NCBI GenBank assembly: GCA_009844405.1
Contig: VYBO01000138.1
Span: forward strand, 1,514 to 65,513
DNA from: Acidimicrobiaceae bacterium
Lineage (GTDB): Bacteria > Actinomycetota > Acidimicrobiia > Acidimicrobiales > Aldehydirespiratoraceae
Reading direction: 5' to 3'
DNA length: 64,000 nucleotides
Shown piece by piece: positions 17,456-27,019 of this stretch. The translations under genes were made by a program, and so were the position numbers. The notes beneath the pieces are model-generated. The model made no database searches. It worked only from the letters and a program-made list of their open reading frames with translations, and had not been told where the DNA came from. The stretch's first letter is position 1. Each line of letters begins with the position of its first letter.

Positions 17456-18574
17456 ATGACTGCGACCACCAGACTGCACGAGCTCTACGACCGTTGCGGC
17501 CAGAGTCCCTGGCTGGACAACATCCGCAGGGGCTGGATCACCGGCGGGGACCTCCAGAGATGGGTCCGGCAGGGTGTCCGGGGCCTGACGTCGAACCCGT
17601 CGATATTCCAGAAGGCCATCACCGCCACCGCCGACTACGACGACGAGTTCCGGTCCTCCATCGATGCCGGGCTCGACGTCGAGTCGTCCTACTGGCGCCT
17701 GGTCACCTCCGACATATCGGCTGCGGCTGCGGTGCTGCGAGGGGTCTACGACGAGTCCGACGGACTCGACGGCTATGTGTCGGTAGAGGTCGCGCCCGAC
17801 CTCGCCCGGAACGGCGAAGCCACCGCCGAAGCCGCCCGGAACCTGCACGATCAGCTCGCGCTGCCCAACCTCTACGTCAAGATCCCAGGAACGGCGGAGG
17901 GTCTCGCGCCCATCGCCCAGATGATCGCAGAGGGCAACAGCATCAATGTCACGTTGATCTTCAGCGTCGAGCGCTACCTCGAAGTGGCCGACGCGTACAT
18001 GTCCGGGCTCGAGCGAAGATCCGGGGACCTGTCGAGAGTGTCCAGCGTGGCGTCGTTCTTCGTGTCGAGGATCGACACCGAGGTGGACCGGCGCCTCGAG
18101 GCCATCGGCACCGGCGAGGCTCTGCAGTTGCGGGGCAAGGCGGCCGTCGCCAACGCAAAGGTCGCCTACTCCCACTTCCAGAGGCTCTGCTCCGGGCCGC
18201 GCTGGCAGGCGCTGGCCGCCCGGGGGGCCCGGCCCCAGCGCCTGCTGTGGGCGAGCACCTCGACCAAGAACCCGGCCTACCGGGACACGCTCTACGTCGA
18301 CGAGCTGATCGGCCCCGGCACGGTGAACACCCTTCCCGACGCCACGCTGGAGGCCTTCGAGCACCACGGCACCGTCGAGCCCACGCTCGCGTCGGGAACC
18401 GGCGAGGCCGTCGAGTTGCTCGACCGGATCGCAGCGGCAGGCGTCGATCTCGAAGCCGTCACCGCCCAACTCGAGGACGAGGGGGTCGCCGCTTTCGCCA
18501 AGAGCTTCGACGAGCTTCTCGGGGTGCTGGGTGACAAGGCCGACGACCTCCACGCCGCGTCCCGCCCCTCCTAG
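17456..18574 (+). CDS. tal: transaldolase (actinobacterial long type)
   Basis: [16 protein letters not shown]...[13 protein letters not shown]...YVKIPGT motifs. Confidence 0.9.
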   Translation: MTATTRLHELYDRCGQSPWLDNIRRGWITGGDLQRWVRQGVRGLTSNPSIFQKAITATADYDDEFRSSIDAGLDVESSYWRLVTSDISAAAAVLRGVYDESDGLDGYVSVEVAPDLARNGEATAEAARNLHDQLALPNLYVKIPGTAEGLAPIAQMIAEGNSINVTLIFSVERYLEVADAYMSGLERRSGDLSRVSSVASFFVSRIDTEVDRRLEAIGTGEALQLRGKAAVANAKVAYSHFQRLCSGPRWQALAARGARPQRLLWASTSTKNPAYRDTLYVDELIGPGTVNTLPDATLEAFEHHGTVEPTLASGTGEAVELLDRIAAAGVDLEAVTAQLEDEGVAAFAKSFDELLGVLGDKADDLHAASRPS

Positions 18575-19490
18575 CCGCCCCGCGGCCGGGGAGCTCCCGG
18601 ACCGGCTGCAGCGGCTCGAGGACGAGAGCATCCACATCATCCGCGAGGTCAGGGCGCAGTTCAGCAACCCCGTGATGCTCTACTCGATCGGCAAGGACAG
18701 CTCGGTGATGCTGCACCTGGCCCGCAAGGCGTTCCATCCCGGCCCGATCCCCTTCCCGTTGCTGCACATCGACACGACCTGGAAGTTCTCCGAGATGATC
18801 GCCTTCCGGGACCGCATGGCCGACGAGATCGGCTTCGAGCTGGTGGTGCACACCAACCCCGAGGGGGTGGCGGCACAGATCAACCCGTTCGACCACTCGT
18901 CGCGGCACTACACCGACGTGATGAAGACCCAGGCCCTCAAGCAGGCCCTCGACGCTGGCCGCTACGACGCGGCATTCGGTGGGGCGCGGCGCGACGAGGA
19001 GCGCTCGCGTGCCAAGGAGCGGGTCTTCAGCTTCCGGGACCGGCTCCACCGATGGGATGCGAGGAACCAGCGGCCCGAGCTCTGGAACCACTACAACGGC
19101 AGGATCTCCGCTGGCGAGAGCATCCGGGTGTTCCCGTTGAGCAACTGGACCGAGCTGGACGTGTGGCACTACATCGATGCCAGCGGCATTGAGGTCGTGC
19201 CGCTGTACTTCGCCGCGCCGAGACCAGTGGTCGATCGGGACGGGACCCTGCTGATGGTGGACGACGACCGGTTCAGGTTCGAGGCCGGCGAGCGGCCCGA
19301 GGAGCGGTCGGTGCGCTTCCGCACGCTGGGGTGCTACCCGCTCACCGGAGCGGTCGAGTCGGCCGCGGCCACCGTGCCGGAGGTCGCGGCCGAGATGGCG
19401 CGCGCCACCCGCTCCGAACGGGAGGGCCGGGTGATCGACCACGACCAGGCCGGATCCATGGAGGAGAAGAAGCGGGAGGGGTACTTCTGA
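18531..19490 (+). CDS. cysD: sulfate adenylyltransferase subunit 2
   Basis: [12 protein letters not shown]...[22 protein letters not shown]...[10 protein letters not shown]. The only in-frame canonical start is GTG 18531, which overlaps tal by 44 nt, so the start is uncertain. Confidence 0.9.
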   Translation: MTRPTTSTPRPAPPSRPAAGELPDRLQRLEDESIHIIREVRAQFSNPVMLYSIGKDSSVMLHLARKAFHPGPIPFPLLHIDTTWKFSEMIAFRDRMADEIGFELVVHTNPEGVAAQINPFDHSSRHYTDVMKTQALKQALDAGRYDAAFGGARRDEERSRAKERVFSFRDRLHRWDARNQRPELWNHYNGRISAGESIRVFPLSNWTELDVWHYIDASGIEVVPLYFAAPRPVVDRDGTLLMVDDDRFRFEAGERPEERSVRFRTLGCYPLTGAVESAAATVPEVAAEMARATRSEREGRVIDHDQAGSMEEKKREGYF

Positions 19491-21415
19491 TGGCCCCCGC
19501 GGAAGCCGCAGGCGGCGGCCCGGGCCCGCGGCACGATCTGCTTCGCCTGCTCACGTGCGGCTCGGTGGACGACGGCAAGTCGACACTGATCGGACGGCTC
19601 CTGCACGACTCGGACCTCCTCTACGACGACCACCTCGCCGCGGTGCGCAAGGACTCGGCCGCCTCGGGCCATGCCGGGGGGCAAGTCGATCTGGCCCTGC
19701 TGGCCGATGGACTCAAGGCCGAACGTGAGCAGGGCATCACCATCGACGTCGCCCATCTGTACTTCTCGACCCCCCGGCGGAGCTTCATCATCGCCGACGC
19801 TCCCGGCCACGAGCAGTACACCCGCAACATGGCCACGGGCGCCTCGACCGCGGACTTGGCCGTGATCCTCGTCGACGCGGCCAAAGGTGTGACCACCCAG
19901 ACCCGGCGTCACAGCGTCATCGTGAGCCTGTTGGGCATCAAGGCGGTGGTCATGGCGATCAACAAGATGGACCTCGTCGGCTACGCCGAGGACCGGTTCG
20001 ACGCGATCGCGGCCGAGGCCTCCGATCTCGCCGGCGCGCTCGGACTGCCGGCCCCCGTGTGCATTCCCGCCTCGGCGCTGCATGGTGACTGCATCGTCGA
20101 ACAGGGCGCGAGCATGCCCTGGTACGACGGACCCTGCGTCATGGAGCACCTCGAGCAGGTGGATGTCGGCCGCGCCGCCGGCCCAGATGGCGCACCGGAG
20201 CACCTCGAAGCGCTGCGACTGCCGGTGCAGCTGGTCATCCGGCCCGACCAGAGCTTCCGGGGATACGCGGGGACCATCTGCTCGGGAACGCTGCGGCCGG
20301 GAGACGACGTGCGGGTCGAGCCCTCGGGCCTCATCACCACCGTCGAGCGGATCGTCACCTTCGACGGCGACCTCGACGCGGCCGGGCCGGGCCGGGCGGT
20401 GACCGTGACCACGGCCGATCCGATCGACATCGGCCGCGGCGACATCCTGTGCAGCCCCGACCGGCCGCCCGAGCGGGCCCGAGAGTTCACTGCGACGCTG
20501 GTCTGGATGTCGGAGTCCGAGCTCGTCGCGGGCCGGGACTACCAACTCCAGCAGGCCGGACAGAGACTGCGCTGCCGGGTGACCGAGCCCGTCCGCCGTC
20601 TCGACGTCGACACGCTCACCTCGGCGCCCGCGCCCGCCATGAGACTCAACGACATCGCCTCGGTGACGCTGCGAACCGACGCCGAGCTCATGTTCGACCC
20701 GTACGAGCAGAACCGCATCACCGGGTCGTTCATCCTCATCGACCCGGGCGACAACGTCACCGTGGCCGCGGGGATGATCAAGGCGGCCACCCGGGCCGCC
20801 CACATCGTTCCCAGCGCCGGCCGGGTGTCGCCCCAGACGAGAGCGCAGTTGCTGGGCCATAGCGCCCTGACGGTCTGGTTCACCGGGCTGCCCGGCTCGG
20901 GGAAGTCGACCCTGGCCAGAGCGGCCGAGGCCGAGTTGGCCGCGGCCGGGGTCTACGCCTGCGTGCTCGACGGCGACAACCTGCGATTCGGGCTCAATGC
21001 CGACCTGGGGTTCTCGCCCGAGGATCGGGCCGAGAACATCCGCCGGGCCGGCGAGGTGGTTGCCCTGCTGAACCGGTACGGCGCGGTGGTGCTGGCCGCG
21101 TTCATCTCGCCCTACCGCCAGGACCGCGACCGGGTGAGGAACCTGCACCCCGCGGGCGGCTTCATGGAGGTGTTCGTGGACGCGCCGCTCGACGTTTGCG
21201 AGAAGCGCGACCCCAAGGGCCTCTACGCCAAGGCGAGAGCGGGCGCCATCTCCGACTTGACCGGCGTGTCGGCCCCCTACGAGGCGCCCCCCGAGGCCGA
21301 AATGCACGTCCGCACGGCCGAGACCGACGTCTCGGAGGCGTCGGTTGAGATAGTGGCCGAGGTGCTACGGCGGGTGCGCGAGCGCGGTCGGGGCACGAAC
21401 GGCCGCCGCCACTAG
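19490..21415 (+). CDS. cysN: bifunctional sulfate adenylyltransferase subunit 1 / APS kinase
   Basis: GTPase motifs GSVDDGKST and DAPGH. C-terminal APS kinase P-loop FTGLPGSGKST. ATG overlaps the cysD stop (ATGA). Confidence 0.9.
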   Translation: MAPAEAAGGGPGPRHDLLRLLTCGSVDDGKSTLIGRLLHDSDLLYDDHLAAVRKDSAASGHAGGQVDLALLADGLKAEREQGITIDVAHLYFSTPRRSFIIADAPGHEQYTRNMATGASTADLAVILVDAAKGVTTQTRRHSVIVSLLGIKAVVMAINKMDLVGYAEDRFDAIAAEASDLAGALGLPAPVCIPASALHGDCIVEQGASMPWYDGPCVMEHLEQVDVGRAAGPDGAPEHLEALRLPVQLVIRPDQSFRGYAGTICSGTLRPGDDVRVEPSGLITTVERIVTFDGDLDAAGPGRAVTVTTADPIDIGRGDILCSPDRPPERAREFTATLVWMSESELVAGRDYQLQQAGQRLRCRVTEPVRRLDVDTLTSAPAPAMRLNDIASVTLRTDAELMFDPYEQNRITGSFILIDPGDNVTVAAGMIKAATRAAHIVPSAGRVSPQTRAQLLGHSALTVWFTGLPGSGKSTLARAAEAELAAAGVYACVLDGDNLRFGLNADLGFSPEDRAENIRRAGEVVALLNRYGAVVLAAFISPYRQDRDRVRNLHPAGGFMEVFVDAPLDVCEKRDPKGLYAKARAGAISDLTGVSAPYEAPPEAEMHVRTAETDVSEASVEIVAEVLRRVRERGRGTNGRRH

Positions 21416-21486
21416 CGTGAGGCCGACATGGCGCTGAACCGCGGCGACGACCGAGCGGCCCGCTAGTCTCGGGCTCACGCGGGCAC

Positions 21487-21699
21487 CTACGAATCGGATA
21501 GATCGGACCGAAGGAGGTGGGCAGCCTTCTCGACGGCTCGTCGGGCCTGAGTGAGGCGCTTCTCCCCTTGCGACGCCTTCGTTGCCCCAGCCTCGATGGA
21601 ACCCCGCAGGCTCTCAAGGGCCAGGTCCGCGATCTCCTCGGCGATGGCCGAGAGCCGCTCTGAAATATCATGACGCTTATCAACCATGCCTGACACCAT
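21487..21699 (-). CDS. small hypothetical protein (70 aa)
   Basis: Helical-looking ORF in an otherwise empty gap. Confidence 0.35.
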   Translation of the reverse strand: MVSGMVDKRHDISERLSAIAEEIADLALESLRGSIEAGATKASQGEKRLTQARRAVEKAAHLLRSDLSDS

Positions 21700-21716
21700 A
21701 AGGGCACCACAGACCG

Positions 21717-23414
21717 ATGCGGCCGCTCACTAAGACCCTCCGCCAGGCCCGCAACCCGCGCCTGCTGGCCGCGTCGGCAGCGACCGGCGTGATCGTGGCG
21801 CTGGTGGTGGCCGCGTTCGAGACGCTGGCGCTGCACGTCGTGCTCGAGCGGGTCCTGCACCAGAACCTGGCCGTGCTCGCGCTGGCCCCCGTGCTCGGTG
21901 TCGGAGCCTCCAAACTGGTGCTGCGCACCGTCGGAGGCGGGACGTCGGGCGCCACCTCCGACGAGTACGTCAGGGCCTTCCATGAGCGCCACCCCAGCCT
22001 CCCCTTCCGGTTCCTGCCGGCCAAGCTGCTGGCGGGGGTCGCCACCATCGGCTCCGGCGGCGCAGTCGGGCTGGAGGGCCCCTCGCTGTACGCCGGGTCG
22101 TCGGTGGGGCTGTTCGTCCACGAGCGCCTGGGCCGCTTCTTCCGGCGCGACGAGGCCCGGCTGCTGCTCACCGCCGGAGCTGCGGCCGGAGTGGCCGCGG
22201 TGTTCAAGACCCCGGCCACGGGCGTCATATTCGCCCTCGAGGCCCCCTACCGCGACGACGTGACGCCCCAGGCGCTGCTCCCCTCGCTGATCGCGTCGGC
22301 CGCGAGCTACGTCACGTTCGTGTTCCTTGTCGGCAGCACTCCCGTCGTCCCGTTCCTGGGCGAGGGCCCCGTCGACGTCGACGGCGCCGCCGCCATGCTC
22401 GACGTGCAGATCGGGGACCTGCTGGGAGCCCTCATCCTGGGTATCGCCGCCGGGCTGGGCGGCCGCGGCTTCGCCTGGCTGGTGCGCCGAGCCAAGCACG
22501 CCACCCACACGGTTCCCTGGCCCAGGCGGGCGGTGGCGGCCGCGGCGGCAATGGCGGGCCTCACGGTGCTGGCCGACGCCGCCTTCGGGGAGGTCCTCAG
22601 CCTGGGACCCGGGACCAGGGCGATGGAATGGGTCGTGCAGCAGGACGCGCTCGAGCTGATCGCCCTGCTGTTCGGGGTCAGGCTCGCGGCCACGCTGGCC
22701 ACGGTGCTGGGCGACGGCGTGGGGGGCCTGTTCATCCCGCTGGCCACTCTGGGCGTGATCGGCGGCCAGTTCGTCGGCGTGGCCCTCGACGCAGAATCCA
22801 CCGGCCTGTACGCCACGCTCGGCCTGGCCGCATTCCTCGGCGCCGGCTACCGGGCCCCTATCGCGGCGGTGATGTTCGTGGCCGAATCCACCGGTGCAGC
22901 CGCATTCGTCGTGCCGGCGCTGGTGGCCGCTGCGGTGAGCCAGGTGGTGGGCGGCCCTTCCTCGGTGACCGAGTACCAGCGATCCAAACGGCTGGGCCAC
23001 ATCGAGCAGCGCTTCACCCTGCCGCTCAGCTCGGTCCTCACCACCGACGTGCTAACCGTCCCGCCCGACGCCACCGTGTCGGATTTCGTGTACATGCATG
23101 TCCTCGCCCGCCGCGAGCGGGTCGTGCCGGTAGTGGACGGCAGCAACTACCTGGGAATGGCCCGGCTCTCGCGGCTCCCCTCGGTGAGCCGCGACGAATG
23201 GGAGACCACCACAGTCGAGTCCATGATGACCACGGACCTGCCGGCCGGATCGCCGTCGTGGACCGTGCGCGACGCGGTGGTCGCCATGGAGGCCGCCGAC
23301 GTCGAGATCCTGGCCGTCACCGACAGCCAAGGCAACTTCATCGGCGTCGTCACCGAGGACGACGTAGTCCGCCTAGGCGAGATCCTCGAGGAGACCGAGG
23401 GCGGCGAGGGCTGA
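21717..23414 (+). CDS. ClC-family chloride channel/antiporter with C-terminal CBS pair
   Basis: GSGGAVGLEGPS and GGLFIPLATLG selectivity motifs, multiple TM helices, CBS-like C-terminus. Confidence 0.85.
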   Translation: MRPLTKTLRQARNPRLLAASAATGVIVALVVAAFETLALHVVLERVLHQNLAVLALAPVLGVGASKLVLRTVGGGTSGATSDEYVRAFHERHPSLPFRFLPAKLLAGVATIGSGGAVGLEGPSLYAGSSVGLFVHERLGRFFRRDEARLLLTAGAAAGVAAVFKTPATGVIFALEAPYRDDVTPQALLPSLIASAASYVTFVFLVGSTPVVPFLGEGPVDVDGAAAMLDVQIGDLLGALILGIAAGLGGRGFAWLVRRAKHATHTVPWPRRAVAAAAAMAGLTVLADAAFGEVLSLGPGTRAMEWVVQQDALELIALLFGVRLAATLATVLGDGVGGLFIPLATLGVIGGQFVGVALDAESTGLYATLGLAAFLGAGYRAPIAAVMFVAESTGAAAFVVPALVAAAVSQVVGGPSSVTEYQRSKRLGHIEQRFTLPLSSVLTTDVLTVPPDATVSDFVYMHVLARRERVVPVVDGSNYLGMARLSRLPSVSRDEWETTTVESMMTTDLPAGSPSWTVRDAVVAMEAADVEILAVTDSQGNFIGVVTEDDVVRLGEILEETEGGEG

Positions 23415-23422
23415 TCGCGTCG

Positions 23423-23653
23423 TCAGTCGTCGTCGGCGGCGAACTCCGCCTCGGCGAGCTCCTCGTCAGCGAACTCCTCAGCCCAGGACGCGTGCTCGGG
23501 CTTCACGTAGTCGTCCGGCTCGTTGAAGGATTCGATCAGTCCTTGGAGATCGTCTACCTGCGAGCGCTTGAACTTGCGGGCTTCCTCATACCTTCGGTGT
23601 CGCCCCTTCTTCACGGCCCAACTCCCGGTTTGACGGATTCGCAGAGCTTTCAT
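23423..23653 (-). CDS. small basic/acidic protein (DUF3073-like)
   Basis: Basic N-terminus and acidic C-terminal tail EEFADEELAEAEFAADDD. ATG at 23653 chosen. Confidence 0.45.
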   Translation of the reverse strand: MKALRIRQTGSWAVKKGRHRRYEEARKFKRSQVDDLQGLIESFNEPDDYVKPEHASWAEEFADEELAEAEFAADDD

Positions 23654-23714
23654 TGTACCGGGCGGGCGACGCCGGCCCACCCGGACCACAACCGCGGGAC
23701 CGGTCGGAACGGGG

Positions 23715-24923
23715 TCAGGCCACCGGCCGGTGGCTGCGCTCCTCGAGGACGAGCTGGCCGTTGTCGAAGGCCAGGGCGGCCTCGCCCGCGACCAGCCGCC
23801 GCAGCGGCTCGCCCACCATCTCCGAGCGCCAGCCCCGGGCCAGCCGGGCGTCTGCGTCGCCTCGGATCAGGGCTTCGACGTCGGCCCTCGTGGCCAGCAG
23901 CGACGGCTCGATCATGCGGTCGCGGGCGAGCTGGCTCACCCAGGAGGTGACCAGGCCAACCGCCGGGCGAAGGCGGTCGACCGCCTCGGTGCGGGCCGTG
24001 GGCTTCGGGGGCGGGCGCCAATCGGATTCGAGCCCGTCGGCGACCGCCTTGAGGATGGCCGGCCCCAGACGGCCGCGGGCCAAGCCCTCCCCCACGCCCC
24101 GCACCGCGGCCAACTCCTCGGTCGTTCGGGGCGCAGCCTGTGAGATCGACACCACCGCGACGTCTGAAAGGACATGGCGGACCGGTTGGTCGACCCTGGC
24201 CGCCCGCTGCTCGCGCCACATCGCCACCGACCTCACCACAGGCAGGTCGCGGCGCCTCAGATGTCGCGCCTCCTTGAGCCGTGACCAGGCCTCCTCGGGC
24301 CGCTGGCCCTGCCGGTTGCGTTCGAGCACGAGCTCGAACTCGGCTTCGGCCCAGTCCTGCCGGCCCATCTCATCGAGCCGGGCCGCGAGCCGTTCGTGGA
24401 TCTCCAGCAGGTGCCTCACATCGCTGGCCGCGTAGTCGAGCTGCGAAACCTTCAGCGGCCGTGCCAGCCAGTCGGTGAGCCGGTCCGCCTTCGGGGGCCT
24501 CCAGCCGATCTCGCTCTCATAGAGCGAGGACAGGGCGGGCGTGCCGAGGCCCAGGAATCCGGCCGCGATCTGGGTGTCGAAGATGCGCCCGGGGACTGCC
24601 CCGCAGCAGTGGTCCAGCACCTCCAAGTCCTGTCCCGCCGCGTGGGCGACCATCAGACCGCCCGCTCCGAAGACCTCAGCCAGAGGGGCCACATCCACGG
24701 CCAGCGGGTCTATGAGGACCAGATCGGTGGGCCAGGCGACCTGGATCAACGCGGCCTGGGGCCGGTAGGTGCGCTCCCGGTGGAACTCGGTGTCGAGCGC
24801 GAAGCGAGGCTCGGAGGAAACCGTGGCCACCACGTCCCGCAGCCCCTGGTCGGAGTCGATGTAGCGGTAGGAGGCCGCGGCGCGGCTGCGGGAGCGGGAG
24901 CGTGAGCGGCGATTGCGGGACAC
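23715..24923 (-). CDS. rnd: ribonuclease D (DEDDy 3'-5' exonuclease + HRDC)
   Basis: ALDTEF, HAAGQDLEVL and YAASDVRHLL exo motifs. GTG at 24923 avoids overlap with mobA. Confidence 0.8.
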   Translation of the reverse strand: MSRNRRSRSRSRSRAAASYRYIDSDQGLRDVVATVSSEPRFALDTEFHRERTYRPQAALIQVAWPTDLVLIDPLAVDVAPLAEVFGAGGLMVAHAAGQDLEVLDHCCGAVPGRIFDTQIAAGFLGLGTPALSSLYESEIGWRPPKADRLTDWLARPLKVSQLDYAASDVRHLLEIHERLAARLDEMGRQDWAEAEFELVLERNRQGQRPEEAWSRLKEARHLRRRDLPVVRSVAMWREQRAARVDQPVRHVLSDVAVVSISQAAPRTTEELAAVRGVGEGLARGRLGPAILKAVADGLESDWRPPPKPTARTEAVDRLRPAVGLVTSWVSQLARDRMIEPSLLATRADVEALIRGDADARLARGWRSEMVGEPLRRLVAGEAALAFDNGQLVLEERSHRPVA

Positions 24924-24931
24924 GGGGTCCG

Positions 24932-25927
24932 TCAGGCGGACGCGGGGCCCGTCTCCACCGGTCGGCCCGACTGGTGCCAGGCGTTGGTTCCGCCGGCGAC
25001 ATTGACCGCGTCCACACCCAGGGACCGGAGGAACCCGACGGCCTGCCCGCTGCGGCCCCCGACCGCGCACACCACGCACACCGCTTGGACCGCCGCCGCC
25101 GTCCGGAACTCCTCGACTGCCTCCGGAACTGATGCCAGCGGCACCAGCACGGCGCCCGGTATGCGCACCTCGGCGTACTCGTCGGGCTCACGCACATCGA
25201 ACACGGCTGCTCCGGCCGCTCGCCGACGCTCGAGTTCGTCGATGTCTATCTCGGGGATGTCGGCGTCCTGCATGCCCGCCTCTTCTGTGTGGCCGTCGTC
25301 AAGCGTAGTCAGGGGAAGATCCTCGGGCCGGTCCGCGTCGTCGTACCAGCACGTTCCGGGCGCCTCGACCGCGACCGTCCGCAATTTCCGGGCCGCATCG
25401 TTCAGCGCCCTCACTCCGGTGGCGAACACCTCCGAAAGCCGCGGCAGGCAGCTCCGGTGCCACCCGGAATGCGTCCACTGGGGAACCCCGCCGCCGAGCG
25501 GTACGACCAGGTCGGCGGTCGGCGGGCCGGCCTCGGAGCGGTCGACCGCGCCGGCGAGGCGCTCCATCACCAACCGCACTGACGTCGGGTCGGGCGCCTT
25601 GACGTCGCAGGGCAGGGTCACCACCGCGTCCGGGCCGGAGCCGCCGGGCGGGTCGAGCGCGCCGAGGGCGGTGATCACCCCGCCCAGCGGGCCCTGGCCG
25701 GGATGGCGGTCCGGCACGTGGTACAGGCCCAGGGCGCTGAGGCGGGAACGGTCTCCGCCCACCACCAGCACGGGCGCGGCCCCCGCGGCCCGCAGCGCGC
25801 CCGCGGCACGGGCCACCATCGGCTCTCCGTCGATCTCGATGAACGCCTTGTCGGTGCCCATCCTGGCGCTGGCCCCGCCCGCCAGCACCGCTCCCATGCA
25901 CCGCAGGGCGGGTACCGCACTATCCAT
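24932..25927 (-). CDS. mobA: molybdenum cofactor guanylyltransferase (MobA-like) fused to a C-terminal rhodanese domain
   Basis: N-terminus GAVLAGGASARMGTDKAF. C-terminal rhodanese with active-site loop CAVGGRSG. Confidence 0.75.
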   Translation of the reverse strand: MDSAVPALRCMGAVLAGGASARMGTDKAFIEIDGEPMVARAAGALRAAGAAPVLVVGGDRSRLSALGLYHVPDRHPGQGPLGGVITALGALDPPGGSGPDAVVTLPCDVKAPDPTSVRLVMERLAGAVDRSEAGPPTADLVVPLGGGVPQWTHSGWHRSCLPRLSEVFATGVRALNDAARKLRTVAVEAPGTCWYDDADRPEDLPLTTLDDGHTEEAGMQDADIPEIDIDELERRRAAGAAVFDVREPDEYAEVRIPGAVLVPLASVPEAVEEFRTAAAVQAVCVVCAVGGRSGQAVGFLRSLGVDAVNVAGGTNAWHQSGRPVETGPASA

Positions 25928-25951
25928 GCGGCTCCGGGCTGTCGTGATTCT

Positions 25952-26047
25952 CGCTCTTGTTCGCTGCGCTCACGGGCCGCCCGGGCCACGGCCTCGCTCG
26001 ACCCTGCGCCCGATTCGTCACGAGTCTCCGCCCTCCCGCTCGGCCTC
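25952..26047 (+). repeat. dispersed 96-nt intergenic repeat, copy R1
   Basis: CGCTCTTGTTCGCTGCGCTCACGGGCCGC.CGGGCCACGGCCTCG...CCCGCTCGGCCTC. Its right end supplies the last 9 codons of the DUF3151 gene. Confidence 0.8.
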
Positions 26048-26485
26048 CGGGGTAGGCCAGTCAGGGTCGAGCTGCACTAGGAACAGGGCGCACCGCTCGG
26101 CCTCGTCGGTCTCTCCGATCCGCCCGGCGACACGCTGCAGCCCGCTGAGGGCGCGCAGGAAGCCCCGGTTGGACGGGTACTTCCAGCGCACGTAGCCGGA
26201 GCCGCGCCAGCCGCTGGCCCTGAGCCGGTCCAGGCCGCGGTGGTAGCCGGTGCGGAAGGCGGCATAGGCCAGAGCCGGTGGCGCGCCCGTCGACTCCAAG
26301 GTCTCGCCGAGCGAGGCCCAGGCCTCCAGGCTCACCGGCCGGCGCTCGCACACCGCGCTCATTGCGGCCACGGGTTCGTCACTGGCGGCAGCCGCAGCCA
26401 GCCCGGCCCGAATTTCGTCGGGCTCAGGGGGCAGAACGGTCTCGGGCGGACCGTGCCGCAGGAGGGGAACACCGGCGTCACTCAT
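26018..26485 (-). CDS. DUF3151-family protein
   Basis: AYAAFRTGYHRGLDRLRASGWRGSGYVRW..PSNRGFLRAL...GETDEAERC matches the pattern I recall for DUF3151. Confidence 0.7.
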   Translation of the reverse strand: MSDAGVPLLRHGPPETVLPPEPDEIRAGLAAAAASDEPVAAMSAVCERRPVSLEAWASLGETLESTGAPPALAYAAFRTGYHRGLDRLRASGWRGSGYVRWKYPSNRGFLRALSGLQRVAGRIGETDEAERCALFLVQLDPDWPTPEAEREGGDS

Positions 26486-26505
26486 CGCCGCCGAGGCTAC
26501 AGTCC

Positions 26506-26601
26506 CGCTCCTGTTCGCTGCGCCCACCGGCCGCTCGGGCCACGGCGTCGCTCCGCGCCACGTCGGGCTTCCCCCGAATTGCCGCCTACCCGCTCGGCCT
26601 C
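26506..26601 (+). repeat. dispersed 96-nt intergenic repeat, copy R2
   Basis: Same ends and the same 96-nt length as R1 and R3, with a more diverged interior. Confidence 0.75.
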
Positions 26602-26622
26602 CAACTACCCTCCGTCAGAGTG

Positions 26623-26883
26623 ATGGGTGAGTGGGTCGACCCCGAGTCTCTGCAGACGATCCTCCTCGGCGCGATCATGGCCCTGGGGGTACTCGCCGCG
26701 CTGTTGATGCGCGTCGTGCGCCGGCTGCTGCTGCGACTCGTGCTGGTGGGGCTCATCGGCGCGCTGGCCGTGAGCCTGTGGCTGCAACGCGCCGATCTCC
26801 AGGACTGCGTGGAGACCTGCTCGTGCAAGCTCTACGGCCAGGAGGTCGCCGTCCCCGCCGACGCCAACCCCAGCTGCGCCTGA
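26623..26883 (+). CDS. small membrane protein (2 TM) with Cys-rich tail
   Basis: 86 aa: ILLGAIMALGVLAALLM and LVLVGLIGALAVSLWL, then C..TCSC...SC. Confidence 0.45.
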   Translation: MGEWVDPESLQTILLGAIMALGVLAALLMRVVRRLLLRLVLVGLIGALAVSLWLQRADLQDCVETCSCKLYGQEVAVPADANPSCA

Positions 26884-26990
26884 CCGGCGCCCGGCGCAGC
26901 GGCTACCTCCACGACGATCTCCTCCACGAAGGCGCGGACCATCCGCCGGAGCTCCTCCACCTCGGGCGACAACTTGAAATCGCTGGCCAT
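26832..26990 (-). pseudogene. possible acyl-CoA dehydrogenase N-terminal remnant
   Basis: MASDFKLSPEVEELRRMVRAFVEEIV resembles a canonical ACAD N-terminus, but the frame stops after 52 aa. Confidence 0.25.
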
Positions 26991-27019
26991 GGCCCGAACT
27001 GCCGGGAGCCGCGCATCCG

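Noticed and set aside
18531-19490. cysD as the missing DndC-like (PAPS-reductase fold) partner of the DndD-like ATPase
   Set aside because: It is translationally coupled to cysNC and has canonical CysD motifs. It is 6 kb away from the defence locus, separated from it by core genes.
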